A stretch of 64,000 nt of DNA. Source: Octopus bimaculoides. Lineage: Eukaryota. This document shows positions 25,790 to 37,600 of the stretch, piece by piece; within the stretch, counting starts at the first letter, position 1, and every line of letters begins with the position of its first letter. The position numbers and the translations under genes were made by a program. The notes under the pieces were generated by a model. It saw only the letters and a program-made list of their open reading frames with translations. It ran no database searches and had not been told where the DNA came from. The DNA lies in assembly GCF_001194135.2 (NCBI RefSeq), contig NC_068981.1:159221119-159285118 (forward strand), read 5' to 3'.

Positions 25790-26684
25790 AACATGTGCAT
25801 GTGCACACACACACATGCATACATACATATGCACATTAATATAAACATAAGGAAAGGGGAATTATATATATGCATGTGTTGAAAGGAAAATTATCATAAC
25901 TGAAATATAAGAATCCCAAAAGTTATACCCGTTTTCCTTTTTCGATATATATCCTTTTTAAAGTGGGTGAGTGGTTTTTCAGAAATGGTAATTCATGCCA
26001 CACTGAATTCTTACTATTTCAGTTACATAAACTTATGATTCCAAATTCAAATTTCAGATGGAAGACATTGCCATTCTTTCTTTCAAATTTCATTACATAG
26101 GTACCAGCAATATACTAGATCAGGGGTCAGTGAATTGGAGTAAATTACCCCAAGTGAAGTAAAAAGGAAATTCTTGGGGATAACGAGGACTTATTAGACA
26201 TAAGTAAGATTATATAAAAAGCGTGTTCCTTGTTACGACAGAAATTTTTCTTCTGGCATGAGGAGGCAGTCAAAAAGTTGCTGCCTTTTGCAACAAACTA
26301 CTTTTACAAACAAGGATTTTCAACTCTAATCAACATAAAAACAANNNNNNNNNNGAAAAATCTTTTTGTTTCATAATGAAGATATTAATTTATTTTATCG
26401 CATTTGTTTTATACCTTTTATATTTATAATTGTATTCTCCATATAAATAGATTCAATAAATCTTTTGAATTCAAAGAATCTATGATTTTATTCCTTTCAA
26501 ATCAATGGGTTAATGTTGGCATAAATAAATATATTTTGGGATAATTGGTTAAAAAATTTTCCTGATCTCTGTACTAGATGTTCCCTTAGAGTGGTGTCTG
26601 ATGTGTGCCTAATGACTTATTCTACACAAACTAATTATGTGGAAAGGCCAAGAGAGTGAAAAAACTTTTATGATTGCTGGTCCT

Positions 26685-27027
26685 GCTAGAAACAGCAACC
26701 AAATCTCCTACAAATCACACCTAATTATCTTAGAAAAGGGCACATTGTACTGGCGTTGTACTGGTGTTGTACTGGCGTTGTACTGGCTACTCACTGGGCA
26801 CTTACTACTAACCCTACATGAGCATCTTGTCTCTGCACACAACTTTGATGTGTACCCCGATATCTTTTTGACACTAGGCACCCAGCTGAATGGGATCCAC
26901 TTGGATTCTCTGCACATGAAAAAATGACAGAATGGTCATGGCTGGAATGCCTCTAATCATTGCTGAAATGTCTCCTCTCAACCAGGGTCGATCTGTGATC
27001 AAACAACAACAACAACAACAACAGCAG
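26685..27027 (+). mobile_element. Repeat family C with (AAC)n tail, carrying an internal ~155-bp insert
   Basis: CTGCTAGAAA..CCAAATCTCCCT..AATCACACC..GGTCATGGCTGGAATGCC..(AAC)n. Relatives lie at ~9480-9650, 14120-14305, 16250-16420, 40425-40590, 42465-42620(-) and 58600-58935(-). Confidence 0.7.
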
Positions 27028-27205
27028 AACAAGGCCCTTCACTATCAGTTGCCCCATTCCCAAAAGATGTTGGAAGCAATGAAAGATTTTCTACGAAAAC
27101 ACTCTATCTGCTCAAAATCATAGACAAATATCACTAAAATGAATACTCAATCAACTTAAAAAAAGATATGTTTAATAATGCTGATCAACATACACTCAAA
27201 GAGAA

Positions 27206-27271
<66 letters not shown>

Positions 27272-27626
27272 AAAGAGAGTCAACAGCCAAGATCCAGAGA
27301 TGCTCAATATAGAACACACAATTTAAACTTGTCCTCCGAAGTCTTTATTGAGGGTTATTTCCTGACCTCTCCATCTTGACAAAGAAGGCCAAATTTATGG
27401 TAATGTTTATGTGAATCCCCTATTGGCAGCATATCCCTGAATAACATAACAGCTAATATGTAATTCTGAGCCCCTAGGAACAGCTGTTGAACTTAAAATA
27501 TCATACCTTATCTCTTTAGCTTTCTGTATTTTTGTTCTCCATTTAAATATATTTATTTCGTAAATATATAAATATCTATATGCTTATACACAAGTGTTTA
27601 TCTTTTGAATATTTTCAGGTTTTCTT

Positions 27627-27670
<44 letters not shown>

Positions 27671-27714
27671 ACTCACTCTCGCTCTCACTTACTCACCTCT
27701 CACTTTCTCACTAT

Positions 27715-28045
27715 ATGTTTCGCCCATACTGCTGCACTTGCCCTTACCTCTCCAACACCACCCTCCTCACCGGCACCCATCATCAACTCTATCGCATCAC
27801 CGACACCTTCACCTGCACTTCTACCAACATCATCTATTGCATCTCCTGCTCTCTCTGCCATTCTCTGTACATCGGACAAACGGGGCGCCACCGATTCGCG
27901 GAACATCTCCGAGGCATCCGCCTTGGCAATGACACCCCGGTGTCACGCCATTTCCGCTCTACTGGTCACTCCTTCCAGCAACACCTGTCCGTGTTTGGCC
28001 ATCCGAATTCCCGTTTGCGCCGTGAACAGAGATTAATCTTCTCTC
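27715..28045 (+). mobile_element. Penelope-like element GIY-YIG endonuclease fragment (Neptune-like, CCHH type)
   Basis: CCTCPYL...FTCTSTNIIYCISCSLCHSLYIGQTGR..RFAEHLRGIR...PVSRHF...GH...RLRREQRLIF; it ends at a gap. Confidence 0.85.
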
Positions 28046-28612
28046 NNNNNNNNNNNNNNNNNNNNNNNNNNNNNNNNNNNNNNNNNNNNNNNNNNNNNNN
28101 NNNNNNNNNNNNNNNNNNNNNNNNNNNNNNNNNNNNNNNNNNNNNNNNNNNNNNNNNNNNNNNNNNNNNNNNNNNNNNNNNNNNNNNNNNNNNNNNNNNN
28201 NNNNNNNNNNNNNNNNNNNNNNNNNNNNNNNNNNNNNNNNNNNNNNNNNNNNNNNNNNNNNNNNNNNNNNNNNNNNNNNNNNNNNNNNNNNNNNNNNNNN
28301 NNNNNNNNNNNNNNNNNNNNNNNNNNNNNNNNNNNNNNNNNNNNNNNNNNNNNNNNNNNNNNNNNNNNNNNNNNNNNNNNNNNNNNNNNNNNNNNNNNNN
28401 NNNNNNNNNNNNNNNNNNNNNNNNNNNNNNNNNNNNNNNNNNNNNNNNNNNNNNNNNNNNNNNNNNNNNNNNNNNNNNNNNNNNNNNNNNNNNNNNNNNN
28501 NNNNNNNNNNNNNNNNNNNNNNNNNNNNNNNNNNNNNNNNNNNNNNNNNNNNNNNNNNNNNNNNNNNNNNNNNNNNNNNNNNNNNNNTATATATATATAT
28601 ATATATATATTA

Positions 28613-29101
28613 TAGTAGGGTAGGTCGGTTTATAGGATTACCCTGGGTTTCTCGCTCATAAGGGGCTTAGCCTTACAGCATATATTCAGACCCTTAATAC
28701 TGCTGGTCTGAGACCTCTTTAAAATATGGAAGGGAAAAAAACCTCGTTTTTAGAGTAAAACCCTAAGTGATTATCTCCCTGTGCCATTGTCCAGTGATCT
28801 TCGGCCGCGCCGCCATCTTGCAATCACCAAGGCACTGTGAAGGTAAACGATTGTTGCCCTTCGGCCTTGGCTATTGATTTCCGGCTGTAGTGCCGCCCTG
28901 CAGATTCCAAAAAGCCAGCAGTGCTTTGGTAGCACTAGGGATAATCACCTAGGGTTTTATCTTAAAACGAGGTTCTTTCCCCCTCCATATTTTAAAGAGG
29001 TCTCAGGCCAGACGTGTTTGGGGTCTGAAGGTACGCCGTAAAGCTAAACCCCTTATGAGCGAGAAACCCAAAGTAACTCCATAAACCGGCCTACCCCACG
29101 A
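28613..29101. mobile_element. Long-TIR foldback MITE (~165-bp arms) flanked by TA
   Basis: Left arm TAGTAGGGTAGGTCGGTTTAT..GGGTTTCTCGCTCATAAGGGG..GAGACCTCTTTAAAATATGGA.. is mirrored at 28938-29101. TA lies on both sides. Confidence 0.85.
28809..28884 (-). promoter_or_regulatory. YY1-type (CAAGATGGCGGC) and ETS-like (CCGGAAAT) motifs in the MITE spacer
   Basis: Plus strand has GCCGCCATCTTG at 28809-28820 and ATTTCCGG at 28877-28884. Function is untested. Confidence 0.3.
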
Positions 29102-29720
29102 TATAATATTAACTGCTCTACATCTTAGAGTGTGCTTCTCCTTCGAATTTATGTATTTCTACAAACTGCTTTCACGTTCTCTTCACCAAACGTTTGTCTT
29201 AAAAGTTTTGAACGAATTCATTATGACTTAATCCAAATGCTATGAAGGAGCTGAAGAAAATCTAAGAATGGAAACTTCAGTTTATTCCTACACATCAAAG
29301 GGCTCAGCTAAGCTTTTTTACGTGTTCAAAAAGCAATTAAAATTTTTATTTTCAGGAAACAAATTCCAAATTGTAGGAATATAACTGCAGATCTCATTAT
29401 ATCTCACGTTTGTTATCACAAAGTTTATAAAGAAAAGAAACTGCCATAGGATCATAGAACTTTTGACATTTTTATAAAGTGACTCCTACTTTGAAGAGCC
29501 AAATACAAGCTGTAAAGCCCTATCGAGCAATTAACCCAAAGCGGGTGATAACGAAACGTCAAGTAATGTGGTTTACTAATTGTAAGTGTGAACATTTTTA
29601 TATGTTAAATCTCCCCCATCGAGTGAATAGCGGCCGTTTAGAACATTATAATGATGTGAAATAGCTTCTCACTTAATGACTCGATATTTGAAACCAACTG
29701 AATCGTTAAGTCGAGATATT

Positions 29721-29738
29721 CACCCTTCTCTCTCTCTC

Positions 29739-29823
<85 letters not shown>
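29721..29823. repeat. Compound (CT)(TA)(TG) microsatellite
   Basis: Read directly from the sequence. Confidence 0.95.
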
Positions 29824-29828
<5 letters not shown>

Positions 29829-30129
29829 AAATATCTTTATACACACACACACATATATATACTTATATATACGTATATATATACATACTTATATATACGT
29901 ACATAAAAATACTTACCTACCTACCCACCTACCAACATACATACATACATACATACATGTGTATGCATATATATTTACATAATTTCATAATTTTGCGCCT
30001 GCTTCCCATGCTGGCGCTAATTGAAGGCAGTATTATGGTCCTAACAGTTTTGTTTTTATTCGAAGTTGTTTATATTCCTAAACAGATTAAAGAACTACGT
30101 TTCACTCATAACTTTCATTGTGGTGGGGT

Positions 30130-30480
30130 TGGGGGCTGGTTTCTGAGGCTAAACGCTCTTTCTATCACCAACCACTTTACAGGTCTAGAGAGGTTATTAC
30201 GTCTTCGACAATGCCAAAATGTCTTCTTGATACTGTCTCCGATCATTTGTCAACCACTTTTTAGAATGCACTATGTGCACTTCATCGAGGCACCAGCCCT
30301 AGTGAGGTTGTCTGTTCTCCGTAAGATTCAAGAGTCCTCACTATTCTATGATGTGTTAGTATGCTCAAGGTAATTTGATCGAGAAAGAGCGTTGAAGATA
30401 GAGCGATGACAAATCCAGTATTAGTGAATGGCGGGAGCAGATTGTGGTCCTCGTTACAGACGAGAAGTATTTCATATTTA
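30130..30480 (-). pseudogene. Degenerate RTE 3' end
   Basis: Minus-strand GTAAAGTGGTTGGTGATAGAAAGAGCGTTTAGCC..GAAACC resembles the RTE 3'UTR at 4745-4785. It is preceded by decayed coding sequence. Confidence 0.45.
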
Positions 30481-30693
30481 ATTGTTCTTCTCCATAATTT
30501 TTTTTCTATATCTCATTTTGATTTTTGATATATATATATATATATGATATTCTCCATACACTTAACAAATAAAAATACAAAAATGTAATGATATATCTTT
30601 TTTCTACCTCCGACGAGATTCAACTTTATAATGATTTAATTATTATAATTAATTTCTAGAGTTTGAATTGAAACGGTAGTCAGAGATTATATC

Positions 30694-31359
30694 TGTAGTG
30701 GATCTTGCATGCATGAAGTGGATTCGATCCACCATAGCCAAATTCAAATTAACACTGCAACAGAACTTTTCCCACGGTGGAACAATGGTTTTTCTGTGAC
30801 TGCAGTTTTATATTTTCCAGATGCCTTTAGCTAGGCTGAAATAATGTCTTCACCACTTGACCCTTTCTAACCTCTTCTACTTCCCCAAAAGCTAGAATAG
30901 AGATAACGAGACCACCAACTAAATCTATTGTTCTCAATGATATGTCTATTCTTCTGGATAGTTATAAAAGCAAGAACACCCCAAGCAAAAATAAGTCGGT
31001 AACGACTCAACGAGTTCAGTCTCATGGTGACGACTCAGTGACAACGAAGTCTGGCTGACCAGCTAGAACCTTGGTCAGAGGGAGAACTGAAGTTTACTGT
31101 CAGCAACTGTGAGACAACACCCTACAACTCTCTCTAGCTCTAATTCTGTTCTCTTACAACATCATTCTATCGCAATCTGTGGATTACTACTAACAATTCG
31201 TATACGCCAAACTGTGCAAAGAAACATTCTGCCACATCTAACTTTCTTCTGCACGCTCTCGGATGTTATGACCTGCCCGTCGAAGCAAGGTATTGTAGCG
31301 TAACAATAAATAAATACTTCCTTAAAACTTCATGTATTGTTCATCGTTCCCATCTTACA
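30694..31359 (+). mobile_element. Probable solo LTR
   Basis: TGTAGTG start, TATAAAA at ~30963, AATAAA ~50 nt before a TTACA end. No clean TSD. Confidence 0.4.
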
Positions 31360-32683
31360 ACATGCAATTATAACAATTTTTATCGTTTCAACTGCTGACT
31401 CCGACACTTCATAATATCGTTTACAAATCAATTTCCCTCGCTACATGTCTATTTTTGTAATTAATGAATATAACCATTAATTGATTTATCTCTATTTTCT
31501 TAAATGAATATAAACCTCAGCTTATTTAATTACCTTATTTTTTAATAATAAATCTAATTTCAATATAAATAATAGGTAATAAGCCAGTAAATTCATTGGA
31601 TATTATTATCCCTTAATGGGGTATTTAACCTTTAATTGAACTTATATATATGCCTACGTAAGAAAGTATGTTTACTGTTTCGGAGATCTTTTATGGTAGT
31701 AGAAAAGGCATTTAGCTCCTATTTCTAAATCAGTGCGTGGCGAAGCTATTAGCTGACCCCTGATTATAATTATGTATATAATTANNNNNNNNNNNNNNNN
31801 NNNNNNNNNNNNNNNNNNNNNNNNNNNNNNNNNNNNNNNNNNNNNNNNNNNNNNNNNNNNNNNNNNNNNNNNNNNNNNNNNNNNNNNNNNNNNNNNNNNN
31901 NNNNNNNNNNNNNNNNNNNNNNNNNNNNNNNNNNNNNNNNNNNNNNNNNNNNNNNNNNNNNNNNNNNNNNNNNNNNNNNNNNNNNNNNNNNNNNNNNNNN
32001 NNNNNNNNNNNNNNNNNNNNNNNNNNNNNNNNNNNNNNNNNNNNNNNNNNNNNNNNNNNNNNNNNNNNNNNNNNNNNNNNNNNNNNNNNNNNNNNNNNNN
32101 NNNNNNNNNNNNNNNNNNNNNNNNNNNNNNNNNNNNNNNNNNNNNNNNNNNNNNNNNNNNNNNNNNNNNNNNNNNNNNNNNNNNNNNNNNNNNNNNNNNN
32201 NNNNNNNNNNNNNNNNNNNNNNNNNNNNNNNNNNNNNNNNNNNNNNNNNNNNNNNNNNNNNNNNNNNNNNNNNNNNNNNNNNNNNNNNNNNNNNNNNNNN
32301 NNNNNNNNNNNNNNNNNNNNNNNNNNNNNNNNNNNNNNNNNNNNNNNNNNNNNNNNNNNNNNNNNNNNNNNNNNNNNNNNNNNNNNNNNNNNNNNNNNNN
32401 NNNNNNNNNNNNNNNNNNNNNNNNNNNNNNNNNNNNNNNNNNNNNNNNNNNNNNNNNNNNNNNNNNNNNNNNNNNNNNNNNNNNNNNNNNNNNNNNNNNN
32501 NNNNNNNNNNNNNNNNNNNNNNNNNNNNNNNNNNNNNNNNNNNNNNNNNNNNNNNNNNNNNNNNNNNNNNNNNNNNNNNNNNNNNNNNNNNNNNNNNNNN
32601 NNNNNNNNNNNNNNNNNNNNNNNNNNNNNNNNNNNNNNNNNNNNNNNNNNNNNNNNNNNNNNNNNNNNNNNNNNNNNNNNNNN

Positions 32684-32719
<36 letters not shown>

Positions 32720-32721
32720 AT

Positions 32722-32759
<38 letters not shown>

Positions 32760-32769
32760 TCAATGGTTT

Positions 32770-35330
32770 CGTGCTTTTGCCATTTCCTCCGTAAAGCTTG
32801 GCATCATGAGATCAGTCTTTACCACATTATTCTATGTTTTCTTAGCTCTATCGTTTTCAGAGACTCCATCCATTTTGAGTCCCTTACATTTATTTTATAT
32901 AACCGCCACCCTTTATACCCATCACAGTCGTCTACCAGTTTTTCTCTCAGCTCATTTGTACTCCGTCCTGCCAGCACACTGATATTAAACATCCAGCAGA
33001 ACATGCTTGTGCTATTTCTTTCTTGTCTTCACTAATCTTCTACAAACAGATCTCACATTTCACTACCGTAGAGCATTGCAATTCGTTCATATGCATCAGT
33101 TAATTTGCCTTTTACTCTAAGAGAGAGAAACTCTTTGTTACCAACAAAAGTAATAGCTCCCTGAACTATTTCTAATCCGCCCTTTCTCTGGCTACAATAT
33201 TTTCGGAACATCCATCTCAACTGTTAATTAAGTCATTTAGATAATAGAAGTTATCGACTATTTCTAGGAAGTCTTCCGAGCATTTAAGAAAATGTACGAG
33301 GAGGTACCCAGAAATAACCGGAAAGGTTCTCTGTAGAACAAGCCCATTGTAGTTCAGGCTTCTGCTACTAGGAACCATTTGATGCGACCGGCAGCGTCGT
33401 GTTGACTCATACTGCCACGTAATGCGTCTTTGTTATGCTTCCCCCTGTTCGTTAATTTTTGCGATGGCTGAAACGTAGGAACAGCGTGCTTCCGTGAAAT
33501 TCTGTTTTCTGCCGAGGAAAACGGCGACCAAAACAGTTGTGATGCATCAGACAGCTTACAAGGATGCTGTGCCATGAGCAAAACACAAGTTTATGAGTGG
33601 TTTCACGCTTTAGGAATGGTCACTTGCCGCTTGAAGACCAACCTCGTTCAGAACTAGCGTCGACCTCCCTAACGAATGAAAACATCACCGAACAATTGAC
33701 GAACTTGTTGATATGACTGGTGTGTCCTGGAGCTCCTGCCAACGAATTTTGAGCGAGGAATTGCGAATGAAAAGAGTTTCAGCAAAAGTTGTGCCTCACA
33801 GAAAACCAAAAGCTGTCACGACTGAATGCGTATCGTAAACTGAAAGAACAGTTGGAAGTTGATCCGGACCTTTTTTAGAAGGTCATCACTGGTGACGAAA
33901 GCTGGTGCTACGGAATTTGCAGATGTAGAGAGGTGAATGAAAAAACGATGTTAAAAGGCATCACTTCGTAAGAGTTCCAGCACTGCTTCGAACAGTGGAA
34001 AAACGCGTCTGGACCGATGCATTGCTTCAAATGGACAATACTTTGAAGGCGATAAAAGTGTTAACATGTAAAACTAAGTGAATAAAATAATATTGCAAAA
34101 TTCCGGTTTCTTTTGGGTACCCTTTCATATTTCACGTGTGTTGTTAGTTCGTCGCTTCTATGCATCGACCGGATCCAAAGTCTGCTTTCTCTGTTAATCC
34201 GCTTGTGCGTTTATAGTTTATAATGAACACGCCCAATAAAAATCCTACCTACTCATTTTTTGCATATCGATTACTAACATTTTCCGGTCAGTTTTCCACT
34301 TATTAATACTTTAGATTTTGTCAAGTTTACATTAAAGCCACTCAATTTACAATTTCACTTCCATGTGTGGAATTTTCTCTCTATTTCTACCACAGATTCA
34401 GTTGTATGAATCAGGTTATCAGCATATTGGAGTTCCTACTGATAGAGGTCTTAAACTTTTCTGTTATGATCTTGAAATTATAATAAACAACCGTGGCATA
34501 AAACCCGAGCACGAATTGACATCTTCCTGCATGTTAAATTCATCACTGCACGCATTGCTGACATTCATTTTGTTGGCTTGTACAGTCCCCAAAAGCCATT
34601 CATTTACATGTAGTTTCTTTAGTGATCATCAGATTACAAGGCAACGGATCCCGGTCAAAGGCCTTCTCTAAGTCAGCGAACGCTGTATATAGCATCTTAC
34701 TCGTAACTAAGAACTTCTGCAACTGTCTCATAAAGATCATCAATAGCACAAAACCGAACGGCAACTCAGCGAGGGTAATTCTCTTTCTAATCAATTTAGA
34801 TCGAACTCATCACGAGATTTTCGTAGCCTGTCCCATCATTTTGATATATCTGTATTTTTCTCTCAATAGTGTATCGCCTTTCCTTGTGTTTGTTGACGTT
34901 TATCCTTGCAACATCACTCATTTGTTATGACACTTTCCTATACCATCTGAATGACTATGTGAATGATTAGCTCGTACCCTACTCCGACAAACATTATAAA
35001 CATCTCAATGACTATTACTGACAGATCCGGTACCTTCTCTGCCTTCCTATTTCCAATTTGACGACTCTTCGCTCTATTGGGTGCTTGGGGTAGACTATCT
35101 CTCTCCTCAAAACATTTTCCATAAATAAAAAAAAAACTCTCATAGGAGCACTTCTATGCTTCATTCTTTCTAAGTGGTAGTACGCTGTTACATCGTACAA
35201 ACTATTCCCTAGGTACATCTCGATTATCACTCCAGCATATTTCATAGCAAACAAAAACATCTTATGCTTCTGATTCTTACGTACGATAATTATGTAAAGA
35301 ACGACCGTGCGAACCAAAGGAGAATGGCGA
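32770..35330 (-). mobile_element. Degenerate RTE LINE ORF2 (RT to C-terminus), split by a mariner insertion
   Basis: Collinear motifs AFADLEKAFDR, GFNVNLTKSK, LEIVDNFYYL, RVKGKL..AMLYGSE and SMFCWMFNISV..LREKL. Confidence 0.8.
33295..34129 (+). mobile_element. Internally deleted mariner element (DD34D-like)
   Basis: TA-flanked ~27-bp TIRs (CGAGGAGGTACCCAGAAATAACCGGAA / TTCCGGTTTCTTTTGGGTACCCTTTCA). Coding remnants MSKTQVYEWF, MKRVSAKVVP, KVITGDESWCYG and YFEGDK. Confidence 0.9.
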
Positions 35331-35379
35331 CGAAAAGGAAGAGGCTCCTTTAAACGCGTCGCACGGTCGACACAAAACA

Positions 35380-36317
35380 TGTAATATAACATAAGTGGGC
35401 TCGTAATGTGAGATGCGAGCAAGTGCCAGCAATGAAAGAGAGAGATGGAGACAACCGTTAAATATATAAGGAGAGTAAGTTTATTAGCATAGTGAACAGT
35501 GTGTCTGTGTGTGCGTGCATGCGGCAATATAAGTAAGACAATACATAAGACAATACATAAGACAGGCCTTCGTGTAAAGGATAGTATGTATACAATAATA
35601 TGAGTGTATGTGTGAATGAGAAATACAGAACATGGAATAAGAGTCTGTAACACAGTAGATAAGCGTCCTGAACAAAGATAGAGAAAGTATCAGTTCATAG
35701 AAGAGTTTCACAGTAGATAGAATGTCTGTACTCAAAAAGTTGTAGCCGAATAGCAGAGCTGAGGTGTCACATGTTGTGTGTGAAATTGAGCGCCGATGCT
35801 ATGACCGATTACTTGGTACAGAATATTCTCGCAGGTTGTTCTGGCTGTTATTTTCGAGGTGGAAACAATCCACACAAACAGTATTGAGAAGGAACCGCGG
35901 TTACTGTTGTTGGTAGCGTGTACTCTGGTGGTGGTGCTGGCGACGGAATTGTAGTAGACAGTAGATTGGTGGTGTTGACGTCGTCGCTGGAAACTGGCTG
36001 GAGCTGTGTTCTGTGAGTGGTCTACGACTAGACCTGAAAAGGCCTGAGGTCGCGACAAACTGGTGTGGATAAAGCAGGCTTATTTATAGATAAAAAGGGG
36101 CTCAAGAAACAGGCAGAAAACACTCTCTCACGTGACCTTATTAGAAGGCCACGATTGGTCGGTATGTACCCTGGCGCGAAACAGAACTGGACATAAATGC
36201 CGCGCAAATAAGAGCCAATCAGGGTGGTGGACACAGCGGTTCAAACGGCGGAAAGCTAGATGTTAGCCGCTTCGCTATCATTCGTAAATAAATACCCGAG
36301 AGAGAGGTTTCACTACA
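35380..36317 (-). mobile_element. LTR (~940 bp)
   Basis: Minus strand TGTAGTG...ATTACA with CCAAT/ATTGG boxes, TATAAATA and AATAAA ~95 nt before the end. No TSD. Confidence 0.6.
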
Positions 36318-36518
36318 ATTAATATGTATACCTGACATCTAATCCTTATCACTTTTTGATACTTTTCTCTGTTCCCCACTTTTTCACAAGTCTTTCCCAA
36401 CCTGTCTCAAAGCGTTTATGGCTCTATCTACAATGCAGTTTCACCACCATGGCAATTTGCGTCAGCTAAAATGGTATTCGAGGATTGTCAAAATAAATGT
36501 GAAACATTGAAAAAATTT

Positions 36519-36950
36519 GAGACGTGGATGTGTGGTAAGAAGTTTGCTTCTTAACCACACGGTTCTGGGTTTAGATCCGCTGCGTGGGACCGAGGGCAAG
36601 TGTGTTCTGCTTATAGCCTTGGGCTGACAAAAAGCCTTGCAAGTAAATTTTGTAGACGGGTGACAGAAGTGCGTCGTGTGTGTGTGTGTGCGTGTGTGTA
36701 TGCGTGTCCGTGTGTGCGTACGTGTGTGTGAGTAAGTGTGTCTTGTATCTGTGTTTACCCCCACCCCGCTTGACAATTGATGTTGGTGTGCTTATATCCT
36801 CGTAAATTAGCGGTTCGGCAAAAGAAGCCAATAGAATAAGTACTAGGCTTAAAAAAAAAGTACTGGGGTCGATTTATTCGACTAAAAATTATTCAAGGCA
36901 TGGCCACAAGCTAATGTCTGAAACGGGTAAAAGATAAAAGATAAGAAAAA
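36519..36950 (+). mobile_element. SINE family A, full length
   Basis: A-box-like TGGATGTGTGGT, B-box-like GGTTTAGATCC, internal (TG/CG) tract and AAAGAT-repeat tail. Confidence 0.8.
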
Positions 36951-37039
36951 ATATCACAGGATATTTTTTATGGCTTCATATTAAAAGCCAACTATATGAG
37001 AATTTTTTTTAATATTGTGTGGATGCAAAAATTTCAAAT

Positions 37040-37600
37040 GTTTTCTGGACTACTTGAGAGTGTAAGGAGTTGAATCAAGCGTTAGTTTATTGATAAAGTG
37101 AGATAATGATATACTGTTGGATTTTGTTTGAGGCTTGAAGCTGGAGTTGTGGCTGTTCACTCTAGCCTTGAAGGTGGTGCTACATGAGCCGATATAAATG
37201 TAATTACAGTTGGTAGTTGATTCCGTGCACTTATAAACTATGTTTTTTGTGAGACAACTTTTTCGACATCCCAATGGGAGCTAGTGACTCTGACCAGGTC
37301 ACTGATCTTGAAGGACTCTCCCTACTTAAAGGTCTCCATGAACAATTCCCTAACATCTCCGGTGGTCTATACAGAGACAACGCTCTGTTCACTATCCAAA
37401 ATTGTAGTAACCAGTTAATCGAACAGACTAGAAAAAAACTAAGAAACTGTTTGAAAAACGTTGGCCTCAGCGTCTCCCACTTGACCAAAAATATTTCCTC
37501 ACCCTCTTCCCTCCAAATGATATTTTCTTCAAATACCAATCCCTTTACTAAATTCTGTGACTCAGCCAAAACAGCTCCATTATTCTAATACCAGTTAACT
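37040..37600. mobile_element. Naiad-like Penelope element fragment with inverted halves (GIY-YIG on -, RT on +)
   Basis: Minus 37050-37274 reads CLTKNIVYKC..YIYIGSCSTTFKAR..HNSSF..LSHFI..L..Y.LK. Plus 37274-37480 reads MGASDS.QVTDL.GL.LL..GGLYRDNAL..RKKL..L..VGL. Confidence 0.8.

Noticed and set aside
26751-26792. CRISPR-like or telomere-like array
   Set aside because: It is only ~3.5 contiguous 11-mers with no spacers.
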